Virus record (IMG/VR): IMGVR_UViG_2778261056_000004
Span: 1-42,285 of that record
DNA from: a virus
Taxonomy: Duplodnaviria > Heunggongvirae > Uroviricota > Caudoviricetes
Strand: one strand, 5' to 3'
Length of the DNA: 42,285 nt
Shown: in pieces, positions 9,413 to 18,959 of the stretch
Layout of the letters: every line of letters starts with the position of its first letter
How positions within the stretch are numbered: position 1 is the stretch's first letter
Notes under the pieces: generated by a model
Told to the model about the DNA's origin: nothing
Databases searched by the model: none
Seen by the model: the letters and a program-made list of their open reading frames with translations, nothing else
Program-made: the position numbers and the translations under genes

Positions 9413-12105
9413 TATCGTGCCTTCCTTTTTGCGTACATGACATTAACCGCGTCATGAACTTTCCCCTGCCCTTTCGACAAGCTATTTACGACCATATTAA
9501 ATCCCTGGGTCGCCCCGCGTTTCACAGCCGCTTCCATCATCGCAATTGTCCGTGCATCAGGATCCCCATTAACCTGGATAGTTGGCGAATAGCTAAACTG
9601 GCCCTGAATGGCGTTATTTTCGCGTTGTTTCTGAATATCGGTGAGAGTCGCATCCAGTTTTGCTGAGGTATTAGACTTCACGACTCGCTCACCTTGCTGA
9701 AGCAACCAAGTCCCCGTCGCGGGAACCTTATCGAGACCATCGTGAGCCATACCCATTAGAGAGGCCGCTGATATTGCCGCAACCATTGGTGATGTTACTG
9801 CCGCAGCAGCAGCCATGGCGCCAGGAGCCAGCGCGGGTCCAACAATAGGGATCGCCGCAGTAGAAGCGTAGGCGTTTAATTGGGCCATTAATGCACTGGC
9901 CGTGGCATTGCTGGTCATGGCTGCCGCAGCGGATGCCTGCGTGCCTTTTCCTACCATCAGTTGAACGGCTTGATAAACCAACCATTGGGCTGCCATTTGC
10001 GTTAGGGTCTGAATTACCGCCTCACCCATGCCAACAAACATGTTGCTGAAGGCATCCCCAACGGATTGGGCCTGGGTAATAATGCCCGTGAAAGCATCAG
10101 CCATGGAATTTGTGGTTTGGTTCAGCAGGGTCGATGCTGAATTCGCTGCCGTTTGATTATAGTTTGAAGCCTCATCGGCGAAATTCGCCATGGATGTTAA
10201 TGCACCAGCTTGCCAGTTCTGCCTGATTGCGTCCTGCTGGCCATAATAATTTCTGAGTGCCGTTAGTTCATTCTGGTAGCCTTTATCGCTTTCATTGCCG
10301 CCCGCGTTTTTCCATCCCTGTAGGAGTTGAGCCTCCTCAAGACGGCGTTGCGCCTGGCGGCTGCTCATGCCAGCACTATCGGCAAGCGCGCTGGTTTTCT
10401 CACCCATCTGAGTCACATATTTCTGCGATGTGTCCTGCAGGCGATTGAGACGTTCCTGTATGACGATCTGATCACCCAATCTGGCATTAATTTCTGCCTG
10501 CGCGAGGACTTTATCTTTGCTGGCGAGTACAGATTTTTCATCATCAGTTAGGGTTCGCGTTTTCGCAGCTTGCTCGAGAACCGTAAATCTGGCCTGATCT
10601 TTCCACAATTGCTTGCGCTGCTGACTGATCTTGTCGTTGATTCCGGAGTGCTGCCGCAATACCTCCAGCTGAGCTTGCAACTCCAGAGACTGGGCACTGG
10701 TACTGTCGGTAAGTTTTGCGCCGACCGGCGTCGTGATTTTCGCTGGCTTCTTAAGCGAGTCCTCATATTCCTTTTTCGCTGCGGCCAAATTGATGTTGTA
10801 ATCAGCCTGGAGGATCCGGCCCTCTTTCAACGCTTTGTTCAGTTCGCTCTGACGAGCGGTGTACTTCTCCAGAGCCGTCTGCGTTTTACCGTAATTCGCC
10901 TGGGCCTGTTGCGCGTATTTGAGGCGATCGGCTTCTAATCCTGCTTCACGGGAAGCGTTTTCCTGGGCGAGTTGAGAATTTCTGGCCTGTTGCTGCGCCA
11001 TATCCAGCGCCTGGCGAGCGGTCTCACGGTCGTTCCAGAAACGTGCGCGCGCGTCATCGTTGACATAACGATCACCCTTTCGCAAATTCCAGATGTCATC
11101 CGCCCGCTTGAAAGCCGCCTCGGCCTTACTCAGCATTTCCTGAGAAGTATCAGGCCTGCCAATATCCAGTGCCGCATCCCACATGGATTTGAACGCATTT
11201 TTAAGGGAGTCTGCGGCCGATTCAATCGTCCCCATGTTGTCGCGGATGCTGGCAGTCTGCTTATTGAACCCGGCGGTTGCTGCTTCGTTTGCCGCCTGCA
11301 GTGCCCCTGCTTCATTTCCTGAGCGCTGCAGAGCGGCAACATATTCAACCTGCTCAGCCGTGACATTGTGAAACTGCTGCGCCATCGCCAGCAGCCCTGA
11401 CGCCGGGTCGTTGACCATGCGTCCAAATGCTTCAGCCACCTTATCGACCGGCAGACCGGATGCATCCGTAAATTTCGCGACCGAGATCGCAAGCTCTTCG
11501 AAGTTAGCACCCGCGCGAACGCCGGCATTAACAAGCGCAGTCAGTGCCTGGCTGGTCTGGTTGAAGGTAAGGCCCGCTTTCTCTCCGGCAGCTGCTATGG
11601 TCTGCATGCGAACAGCTGTGAGGCCAGCAGTATTGCCGGTCAATGTCAGCGTTTTATTAAATTCAGAGAGTGTGCTCGAGCCCTGATAATACGAATACAT
11701 CAGCGCCGCGGTGCCAGCAGATAACACGCCTACTCCGAGCATTACAGGGGAGATCGTTCCCAACAAAGCGCTGAACATAGGCCGCAGACCACCAAACTGG
11801 TCTTTAATTTGCCCGCCCTGCTGGAGCATGATCAGCCAGGGACTCTGCCCGCCGGCCAGCTGCGTCGCGATATCAGTGAACTGCGCCGGCAGGGTACGCA
11901 TCGCGGAAGAATACTGACCGACAGAAATCCCGGCTCGCTTTGCAGCCAGTTCCTGCTTCGAAAATGCTTGCTGAACCTGCAAGGCTGCATCATTTGCCGC
12001 TTTGCCTGTTCCCTTCAGCTGCTTATTTACATAGGTAACCTGCTCAGTAAATTTAGCCGAATCAACATCAAGGTTAACGATCAGATCACCCACTGACTGG
12101 GCCAT
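9412..12105 (-). CDS. tail tape measure protein
   Basis: 897 aa, long alpha-helical Ala/Gln-rich protein with C-terminal Gly/Ala-rich hydrophobic segment; strong RBS GGGAGGAG; follows G/GT chaperones. Confidence 0.8.
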   Translation of the reverse strand: MAQSVGDLIVNLDVDSAKFTEQVTYVNKQLKGTGKAANDAALQVQQAFSKQELAAKRAGISVGQYSSAMRTLPAQFTDIATQLAGGQSPWLIMLQQGGQIKDQFGGLRPMFSALLGTISPVMLGVGVLSAGTAALMYSYYQGSSTLSEFNKTLTLTGNTAGLTAVRMQTIAAAGEKAGLTFNQTSQALTALVNAGVRAGANFEELAISVAKFTDASGLPVDKVAEAFGRMVNDPASGLLAMAQQFHNVTAEQVEYVAALQRSGNEAGALQAANEAATAGFNKQTASIRDNMGTIESAADSLKNAFKSMWDAALDIGRPDTSQEMLSKAEAAFKRADDIWNLRKGDRYVNDDARARFWNDRETARQALDMAQQQARNSQLAQENASREAGLEADRLKYAQQAQANYGKTQTALEKYTARQSELNKALKEGRILQADYNINLAAAKKEYEDSLKKPAKITTPVGAKLTDSTSAQSLELQAQLEVLRQHSGINDKISQQRKQLWKDQARFTVLEQAAKTRTLTDDEKSVLASKDKVLAQAEINARLGDQIVIQERLNRLQDTSQKYVTQMGEKTSALADSAGMSSRQAQRRLEEAQLLQGWKNAGGNESDKGYQNELTALRNYYGQQDAIRQNWQAGALTSMANFADEASNYNQTAANSASTLLNQTTNSMADAFTGIITQAQSVGDAFSNMFVGMGEAVIQTLTQMAAQWLVYQAVQLMVGKGTQASAAAAMTSNATASALMAQLNAYASTAAIPIVGPALAPGAMAAAAAVTSPMVAAISAASLMGMAHDGLDKVPATGTWLLQQGERVVKSNTSAKLDATLTDIQKQRENNAIQGQFSYSPTIQVNGDPDARTIAMMEAAVKRGATQGFNMVVNSLSKGQGKVHDAVNVMYAKRKAR

Positions 12106-12394
12106 AGCGCACTCCTCCCAGGCTTTCCGCCACAGACATCATTACATCATCATCCATCGGCAAATCTTCCTGCTCTGGTGGGTTAAGCAGGCTGAAGTCA
12201 CGTGGGGTTAATTCGGTTTCTGTACACAGCATTGAGACAATAAGATGGCTGAGGCGGGAGAAATGGGTATCCAGAAGATCACCTTCAAAATACTGCTTTT
12301 GATAGTAGCGCCCCCATTCCGCCAGCTCACTTGATGACATGCCGGCAAGCATGACGCGCCAGTCCGGTCGCCGGAACTCCCGCGCCAGCTTCAT
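12086..12394 (-). CDS. tail assembly chaperone T-like reading frame (expressed as G-T fusion by -1 frameshift)
   Basis: ORF is in the -1 frame relative to the G-like ORF and is open across the G stop; lambda G/GT arrangement. Confidence 0.5.
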   Translation of the reverse strand: MKLAREFRRPDWRVMLAGMSSSELAEWGRYYQKQYFEGDLLDTHFSRLSHLIVSMLCTETELTPRDFSLLNPPEQEDLPMDDDVMMSVAESLGGVRYGPVSG

Positions 12395-12414
12395 TACAAA
12401 GCTCAGCTCACCGG

Positions 12415-12840
12415 CTAACGCTTTTCCGCGCTGATGGGCTCGTCTTCCACCACTACGTCTGTACTTTTATCCTCGTCTGCCGGTGCCGGTGCCGGTTTAG
12501 GTTCCGTTACAGGGATCATGTCAGACAGCGTTTTTACAAAGAGTTCGCCAGCGCCAATCATTCCCGGCGGCCAGCCGGAAAGCACCTCATGATGCAGTGA
12601 ATCAATATCTTTTGAGGTATCACCCTGCCAGAGCGACATTGCGATCAGTCGCGCCCCAACCCGGAGATTGCTGCTTACCCGGATCGTAAGATAATCCTCA
12701 TCACCTTCATCTTTCGGGAGCGATTTATCTTCCTTCGCCAGGTACTGCAGATGCTCAATACGTTGCAGGCCTGACAACTCAAATAACTGGATGGTGTTGC
12801 CGTTATAGGTGAACGGCTCAGATTTCAGAAAGCTCATGGA
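12415..12840 (-). CDS. tail assembly chaperone G-like (alternative start at 12918)
   Basis: Acidic C-terminus; lies between major tail and tape measure genes; ends GCG GAA AAG CGT TAG with potential slippery GGAAAAG. Confidence 0.55.
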   Translation of the reverse strand, partial: SMSFLKSEPFTYNGNTIQLFELSGLQRIEHLQYLAKEDKSLPKDEGDEDYLTIRVSSNLRVGARLIAMSLWQGDTSKDIDSLHHEVLSGWPPGMIGAGELFVKTLSDMIPVTEPKPAPAPADEDKSTDVVVEDEPISAEKR

Positions 12841-12877
12841 GTACCCCAGGAAAATGACGGGGCCAGCGCCCCGCCGG

Positions 12878-13615
12878 TCAGGAAACGGTGACTTTGCAGA
12901 TGGCGACTTTAAGACCATCGTTGGACATCACGATAATTTCAGCAGAGCCTGTGGCTACGCCGGTAATGGTCAGGACATCGCCGTTGGCGGTAACTGTCGC
13001 TTTCGCCGGATCAGAGGAGGCAACGCGGAAAGATTTGTCTGTAGCGCCAGCAGGGTTGACAGTGACGTTAACGGTGTCAGACGCACCGGCGGCAACAGTC
13101 AGGGTTGCTTTATCGAGCGATACCCCGGTAACCGGAACGACAGCAGCGCGGGTTTCCTCCGCCAGCGATGGCTTGCCGTTGTTGCTGATCTTCACGCTAC
13201 GGGTGATGACCTCCTTCGCCGGGATGGTTTTACCGAGGCTGCTGACCCAGCCCTTAAAGACGTCGATCGTCCCGTTCGGGTATTTAATTTTGTAGGCGCG
13301 CACATCGCCGCTGTAGAACCAGTCCACCAGAGATTGCTGCCCTGATTCCCCAGGTTTCCACGCCAGGGTGAAACTGGCTTCACCGGCTGACTTCTCGCCC
13401 TGTGCTGTATTTGCCCAGTCCGCGTTCGGATCGTCAAGGTAGGTGTCGTCATAGGACTCTGCTGTCAGTTCACCTGGCGTCAGGTCTTTGATTTTGGCCG
13501 TGCGGGTCCAGTCAGTATCGCTGGCCGGATTGGCATAGGGATCGCCAGTGCCGTTATAAAGCCAGAACGTTGTGCCTGCCCCTTTTACGGGTTCAAGCGG
13601 GCTTGGTGTTGGCAT
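12878..13615 (-). CDS. major tail protein with C-terminal bacterial Ig-like (Big_2-like) domain
   Basis: 245 aa; C-terminal VTGVSLDKATLTVAAGASDTVNVTVNPAGATDKSFRVASSD...TANGDVLTITGVATGSAEIIV is typical of Ig-like domains on lambda V-like tail tube proteins. Confidence 0.7.
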   Translation of the reverse strand: MPTPSPLEPVKGAGTTFWLYNGTGDPYANPASDTDWTRTAKIKDLTPGELTAESYDDTYLDDPNADWANTAQGEKSAGEASFTLAWKPGESGQQSLVDWFYSGDVRAYKIKYPNGTIDVFKGWVSSLGKTIPAKEVITRSVKISNNGKPSLAEETRAAVVPVTGVSLDKATLTVAAGASDTVNVTVNPAGATDKSFRVASSDPAKATVTANGDVLTITGVATGSAEIIVMSNDGLKVAICKVTVS

Positions 13616-13622
13616 GATTACC

Positions 13623-14021
13623 TCACATTACGTATGAAATTGAATATTTAAGATCGGCCGATCCCCACGTCGCCATTTCGTCATCGCGCTGATAGTCATA
13701 GCCCTGAGCAGACATGGTTTCGATTAAGGGGGTAAGGCCGGGGAGTGCATTGAGCTGGGGATAGATTTTGCTTTCCATCCAGGTATCGAGCGCGGTATCC
13801 GTTTCGCTCGCTTTCAGGAACACTTCAATGTGAAGCGTGGCGCGCCAGATATCTTCGTCGATGGATTCCTCCGTGGACTGCGCGTCAGTGATATAGACGG
13901 CGACAGCCGGGAGATCTTCGGACTCAAGTACAGCGGGACGGCCATCAGACCACGTTACAGGGTCAGTAATGCCCGCTTTCAGGGCAGCCAGCACCGCCTG
14001 GCGGATCAGGGGATGTTTCAT
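13623..14021 (-). CDS. tail terminator/tail completion protein
   Basis: 132 aa ORF between the gp10-like and major tail genes; start overlaps upstream stop (ATGA). Confidence 0.45.
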   Translation of the reverse strand: MKHPLIRQAVLAALKAGITDPVTWSDGRPAVLESEDLPAVAVYITDAQSTEESIDEDIWRATLHIEVFLKASETDTALDTWMESKIYPQLNALPGLTPLIETMSAQGYDYQRDDEMATWGSADLKYSISYVM

Positions 14022-14572
14022 TTGGTCAGAATTATCCTCAGTTGATTGCGTAAAGCCGCAGAGAGTTCTTTTGGAAGATCGGTAGCAGTCAGGCGGGTGC
14101 TTTCCTGCTTAAAGGCCTCAGTCAGTGGCGCTGCCAGAGGAATGCTCACTACCTCGAGCGGGTAGCGGCTTTTGGTGGTTCTCCGCAGGACATGCCAGCG
14201 CCCGTTTTTGAGCTGCTGAATGAATCCGCCCGGGAAGCGAAACCGCCCGATGACCAGAACGCTTCGGACACCGGCCTTGTCACGTTTTCGCCGGGAGAGC
14301 CGCACGCTGGCCACGCCCAGCTTGATCGCCGGGAGGTTGCCCCGGTTGACCCGAATAGTGGCCTGCGGTTTGCGTACCGTGGCTTTCTTCAGGCGTGCAC
14401 GCTGATTGACGAGTTTCCGCTGCACCCGGGTGTCCTTCGCAACCTGGCGGGTGCTGCGGGAGATCGCCCGGGTGGCCACGCGGTTCACCGCCTGAGAGGA
14501 TGCCCGAGGCACGGCGGTTTTGCTGATGCTTTCCAGGTTAGCGATCGCCTGTTCGAGCCCTTTGATGGACAT
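14018..14572 (-). CDS. HK97 gp10-like head-tail connector/tail component
   Basis: Start MSIKGLEQAIANLE at 14572; basic 185 aa protein in the neck gene position; the track N-terminal extension is unlikely to be translated. Confidence 0.5.
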   Translation of the reverse strand: MSIKGLEQAIANLESISKTAVPRASSQAVNRVATRAISRSTRQVAKDTRVQRKLVNQRARLKKATVRKPQATIRVNRGNLPAIKLGVASVRLSRRKRDKAGVRSVLVIGRFRFPGGFIQQLKNGRWHVLRRTTKSRYPLEVVSIPLAAPLTEAFKQESTRLTATDLPKELSAALRNQLRIILTK

Positions 14573-14582
14573 AGAGCCTCCA

Positions 14583-14858
14583 TTACTCAATCCAGATCTG
14601 TGGCTTACCGTTGAACAGCTGTTTGCGGGTAACGATGTAGTCCTGGCCCTTCCAGTGAATAGCATCGCCTTTACGCGGCGACACTGCCAGGGAGAACACC
14701 ACCAGTGACAGGCCATCTCCCACCAGCGGCCCCATTTCTGCGACAAACTGGCTTTCTACAGCATCAAAAATGACCCCGTTGATCGTGACCTTATCTGACA
14801 TCAGATTGACGGTGGCCGCGTCCATACGGGCAACCATCGCGTCGAAGAGGTTAGCCAT
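14583..14858 (-). CDS. head-tail joining/head closure protein
   Basis: About 91 aa from MANLFDAMVARMD...; position between decoration-like and gp10-like genes. Confidence 0.45.
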   Translation of the reverse strand: MANLFDAMVARMDAATVNLMSDKVTINGVIFDAVESQFVAEMGPLVGDGLSLVVFSLAVSPRKGDAIHWKGQDYIVTRKQLFNGKPQIWIE

Positions 14859-15174
14859 TGAGCTTAACCAGTACGGTGGTGGCGTTCGCAGCTGCAGCCT
14901 GCCAGGCTTTCCCTGCGGGTGTCGCGCCGGTGGCCTCCAGTTGCACTTTCCCGCTTTTGAAGTACAGGGTTTTGCCCTGGGCGATATCATCCGCCGCCAG
15001 CTTCGGCAACTGAACGACGCCACTGGTGAGGCCTGTACCGGTATCGCCGACGGCAATATCAGCGATAGCGATCGCCAGAACATCACCCACGGCAACCGGC
15101 GTGCCACTGGTGATCACCGCCGAACCCGAGTTGGTCAAATCAATAGTGTGACCATCCTGTACGAAATTCTTCAT
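14851..15174 (-). CDS. small head protein, DUF2190-like (putative decoration/cement protein)
   Basis: Start MKNFVQDGHT at 15174 with RBS GGAGAG; paralogue of ORF 21745..22086 (about 40% identity by eye). Confidence 0.45.
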   Translation of the reverse strand: MKNFVQDGHTIDLTNSGSAVITSGTPVAVGDVLAIAIADIAVGDTGTGLTSGVVQLPKLAADDIAQGKTLYFKSGKVQLEATGATPAGKAWQAAAANATTVLVKLNG

Positions 15175-15254
15175 GAGCTCTCCGTATGGCCCCTGCCGGG
15201 GCCATGTTGCAGATATAAAAAAAGCCCTTACGGGCCGGTTCAATGTCGGGGTGA

Positions 15255-17285
15255 TTACTTACCGGATGATTTCGCCAGACCGCGATAATCCAGCGGCGCC
15301 ACACCAGCATCGATGCGGACTTTCGTCGCAACACCATCAGTGGTGAAACCTTCCTGCTGGTCGATGTACGGGGCATCAATGCCATTGAGGTACGCCACTT
15401 CGATGGTATCGGTGCCCTGTGCGGCAGCCAGATACCAGGCCGCCGGATCGGCGTCATCCAGACGCGCTTCTGCGATCACTTCGGCAAAGTTCTGCAGCGG
15501 GTTAACCACGCCGGCATTGATATCAGCCCCTTTCACGCTTGCTGACTTAATGGTCTGGCTGGCTAATGTTTCCAGACCCACCGGAACCAGCATGTAGGCC
15601 GGACGAATGTTCAGGGCGCGCTCGCCCTCTTTCTGCTTGCGCATGTTCTGGCGGGCCTTATCCAGGCTGTCAACGCTGATGGCGCCAGCTGAAAGGTTGG
15701 CATGGTCAGCATGGAAGAGCGCCTTACCATCCGACAGTTTCCCGTTACCGGTCAGCACGGCATAGACCAGGTCACCGATTGTCGCTTTTGCAGCGCGCCC
15801 CATCTTCATCGGAACGTCTGTCAGCTGGTTCAGGTCATCGTTGATAATGGCCTGGCGGGTGATGGAGAAGATCTCACCGTAAGTAGCCAGCGCGATGGTT
15901 TCACCCTTATCCTGCGTGGTGATGTACTTATACTCCGCGCCCTCTCGCACCTGACGCAGGGAAGGGAAGCCGCCCATGCCGACGCGATGCGCCGTTTTGA
16001 AGTCAGACAGCTGGCCTTTTTTGGTCCAGAGTTCAAAGGTCTCTGCCGCTTCATCCCAGCCCTGCAACAGCGCTTTATTGGCGACATCGAGCAGGATATT
16101 GCCAAAATCGGAGGTGCTGTGCGTCAGCGCAAAACCAACCATCTGCATCGGGTTGTAACTGGAGACCCCGATGCCGCGCTCGGTCAGGGACATGCGGGCG
16201 TATTCGCGCAGCGTCATACCGTTATAGACGTTGTCGCGCTCAACATTTTCATAACCGGAACGCGCCATCAGCGCCTGGCGGATCCCGTCGCCAACAAAGT
16301 TACCGTTGCCGGCATACACATGGGCCTGACCCTGCGTAGTGGTGTTGGACGGCGTGGCATTTTTACCGAGCTCTGCCAGAAGAACATCTTTCGCCTGGCT
16401 GACCGAGCACTCTGGATCGGCAATACATTTAGCCTGCAGCTCCTGATGCTTTCCGCCGAACATGGCGAAGAGGTCCTGAATACCGTTCACGCGTGCCTTT
16501 TGCTCCGCAATAACCTGCGCACGGATATCTGTTTCGCTGGCACCTGCCGCCGGAGCTGGCTGGGTGGCAGTTGGCTGCTGTGTTTCGCGCGTAGCGGTAT
16601 TGCGCGGCGGGGTGACCATGTTGCGAATGCTGTTTGGCATCTTTTCAAATTCCTCAATACGTTTCGAATGGATGCAGGCCATTGCCTGCAAGGATGGTGT
16701 GACCTGGTCAGCGAAGCCCAGCTCCAGACATTCAGTGCCGGAGAGCCAGGTCTCTTCCTCCAGCATTGCCGCAATTTCTTCGGTGCTTTTTCCCGTCTTC
16801 TGCGCGTATGCCGGGATCAACACCGACTCCACTTTGTCGAGCAGGTCGGCGTAGTCGCGCATGTCATCAGCATCACCACCCGCAAAACCCCACGGCTTGT
16901 GGATCATCATCATGGTGTTTTCCGGCATGATGACCGGATTTCCTACCATGGCGATGACTGATGCCATTGAGGCAGCCAGACCGTCGATAAAAACGGTGAT
17001 CGCGGCGCCGTGGAATTTCAGGGCATTAAAAATGGCGATACCGTCAAAGACATCGCCACCAGGGGAGTTGATATGCAGTTTGATGTGAGTTACGTCGCCC
17101 AGCGCCTTAAGGTTTGCGACGAACTGCTTCGCCGTTACCCCCCAGTAGCCGATCTCGTCGTAGATGTAGATTTCGGCTTCGTTTTCCGAACTGGCCTGCA
17201 TACGGAACCAGCTATTTTTTGCCTGGGCTTTCGGGCGGTTCTTTACCCGGTTTTGCTTCCTGGACACGAGTGTCTCCTTTGTCAT
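15255..17285 (-). CDS. fused prohead protease (ClpP/S14-like)-scaffold-major capsid protein (HK97 fold); start ATG 17285, GTG 17270 or ATG 17201
   Basis: ClpP-like segment IYIYDEIG...HINSPGGDV...AASMASVIAMVG...MMIHKPW, then Pro/Thr/Gln linker and coiled-coil, then about 400 aa capsid-like region, all in one frame. Confidence 0.7.
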   Translation of the reverse strand: MTKETLVSRKQNRVKNRPKAQAKNSWFRMQASSENEAEIYIYDEIGYWGVTAKQFVANLKALGDVTHIKLHINSPGGDVFDGIAIFNALKFHGAAITVFIDGLAASMASVIAMVGNPVIMPENTMMMIHKPWGFAGGDADDMRDYADLLDKVESVLIPAYAQKTGKSTEEIAAMLEEETWLSGTECLELGFADQVTPSLQAMACIHSKRIEEFEKMPNSIRNMVTPPRNTATRETQQPTATQPAPAAGASETDIRAQVIAEQKARVNGIQDLFAMFGGKHQELQAKCIADPECSVSQAKDVLLAELGKNATPSNTTTQGQAHVYAGNGNFVGDGIRQALMARSGYENVERDNVYNGMTLREYARMSLTERGIGVSSYNPMQMVGFALTHSTSDFGNILLDVANKALLQGWDEAAETFELWTKKGQLSDFKTAHRVGMGGFPSLRQVREGAEYKYITTQDKGETIALATYGEIFSITRQAIINDDLNQLTDVPMKMGRAAKATIGDLVYAVLTGNGKLSDGKALFHADHANLSAGAISVDSLDKARQNMRKQKEGERALNIRPAYMLVPVGLETLASQTIKSASVKGADINAGVVNPLQNFAEVIAEARLDDADPAAWYLAAAQGTDTIEVAYLNGIDAPYIDQQEGFTTDGVATKVRIDAGVAPLDYRGLAKSSGK

Positions 17286-18714
17286 TTGCCGGGTCGGTAT
17301 CAAACACCAGCCCCTGTTTACGGTTCTCGTCAACCTCCGCCTTACGGCGGCGCTTAACATCATCAGGATTTGCGCCGCGGGCGCGCACCCATTCACTCTC
17401 TGTCGCAGCACCGCCACGCAGCAGAATTTTCCAGGCGTTCGCCTCTTTGACCGGGTCAATCCATGGCATAACGGGCCCGGAGAACACGGCGCTAAAGAGC
17501 GTGGCTTTATCGACATTTTTCGGGACCGTGATCTCGCCTGAAGCAATCGCCATCCTGAGCCACGCCCGGTACATAGGTCGGGTGATCGCCGCGATGAATG
17601 CGTCCTGAAGAATGAAATAGCCTTCGGTTGACTCCACCAGCTCCTGGCGCTGCGCGCTGTATGTTCCGTCGTAGTTACGGGCGATACTTGAAAAGCTACC
17701 GCGCGAACCAGCGGCCACAGCACGTAGCTGGCCATTACGGAAAGTTTCGAGGTTAGGGTTGGGTCGGTCTGACTTGATCATGCCGATGTCTTCACCCGGG
17801 CGGAGATCGTCAAACAGCATGCCTGGCTCGATGTTTAGCTCCCTTTGACCGCTGCTGCCTTCGTCATAAGTCTGGCCATCACCTTTTTTAATGAACATGC
17901 CCAGTGCCGCAGCAATGCGGGCAGCGGTCAGCTCAGCGTCCTCGTACTCCTTCAGCGCCGAAAGACGCATCAGCACCCCGGCAAGCAGTGAGTTACCCCG
18001 GATTTGATGCAGGCGGCGCATAAACTTCAGGTGAAGCATGTTCTCCGCCTGAATATCCTTGGTATCTCCCTGGCGCATACCTTCTGCCGGCAGGTTTTTG
18101 TAGACCATGTATCGGGTCGGGCGGCCCCAGTCATTCAGGTAAATGCCCTGGCACAACTTCTGACCCGGCTCTGTCCGCTCCATCGGCACAAAATCCGGTT
18201 CCAGCGCCTCAATCCAGAAAGGAATGTCTGCCACAGGCGACAGACCGTTCCCGGTGCCACTGACCAGCTGCGCGAACACCTCGCCGTCACGTAACCAGGT
18301 CCGGCACATCAGGCGCTCAAGCACTGGTCGGGTGAACTGCCCGGTAACATCGGGAGAAACGGACCACTCCGCCCATTTGGCGCGGATCTGTGTAGCAAGG
18401 TCAGTAGCGATGCCCCCGTTACTCATCAGGGGCTGCGGCTCCACGATGATGCCTTTTGCCCCCACAATGCGCTCTTCGAGTTTATCAAGGATGCCGATCA
18501 CCAGATCGTGGTTACAGTCGAGCCACCGGGCTTGTTCGCGCAGCGATCGCCCGCCGAATTGCGTCAGCTGATTCGCGGAGCGGTTTTCGCGTTTTGCCCG
18601 GTGCGTCCGGGTAGGAATGACAGCCTCATATGCCTGGATCATCAGGCGCGACTTCAGGCGCTCCGCTTTCCAGCCCGGGGAAAACATGCCTATCAGATTA
18701 TCCAGGGCGCTCAT
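17212..18714 (-). CDS. portal protein (lambda gpB-like)
   Basis: 500 aa ORF between W-like and protease genes; acidic/basic C-terminal tail; lambda-type gene order. Confidence 0.8.
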   Translation of the reverse strand: MSALDNLIGMFSPGWKAERLKSRLMIQAYEAVIPTRTHRAKRENRSANQLTQFGGRSLREQARWLDCNHDLVIGILDKLEERIVGAKGIIVEPQPLMSNGGIATDLATQIRAKWAEWSVSPDVTGQFTRPVLERLMCRTWLRDGEVFAQLVSGTGNGLSPVADIPFWIEALEPDFVPMERTEPGQKLCQGIYLNDWGRPTRYMVYKNLPAEGMRQGDTKDIQAENMLHLKFMRRLHQIRGNSLLAGVLMRLSALKEYEDAELTAARIAAALGMFIKKGDGQTYDEGSSGQRELNIEPGMLFDDLRPGEDIGMIKSDRPNPNLETFRNGQLRAVAAGSRGSFSSIARNYDGTYSAQRQELVESTEGYFILQDAFIAAITRPMYRAWLRMAIASGEITVPKNVDKATLFSAVFSGPVMPWIDPVKEANAWKILLRGGAATESEWVRARGANPDDVKRRRKAEVDENRKQGLVFDTDPANDKGDTRVQEAKPGKEPPESPGKK

Positions 18715-18959
18715 CGCGGGAACCTCGCCAGTTTAAAGGAGCCACCCCTGCCCGTTGCGGCAGCCACGGCAGCAGCCTCTTTTCGCTCCCACTCCTGGCG
18801 GCCCTTCCGGATTTCACTCAGGTTCTCCATGGTCATCTGCTGACCATTAAACGTGATGGACTTGCCCTGCAGGACCGCCATTTCCGCTTCGGTATAACGG
18901 CGGACCATGTCCTGAATATCATTGAGATTCACACCCAGCCTCCTGATGATGATGACCAT
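18711..18959 (-). CDS. head-tail joining protein W-like
   Basis: 82 aa; located between terminase large subunit and portal as lambda gpW; overlaps portal start. Confidence 0.5.
   Translation of the reverse strand: MVIIIRRLGVNLNDIQDMVRRYTEAEMAVLQGKSITFNGQQMTMENLSEIRKGRQEWERKEAAAVAAATGRGGSFKLARFPR

Noticed and set aside
12809-13345. Plus-strand ORFs of 135-178 aa
   Set aside because: Antisense to the major tail protein gene.
15702-16961. 419-aa plus-strand ORF
   Set aside because: Antisense to the protease-capsid gene; Arg/Leu-rich mirror-frame artefact.
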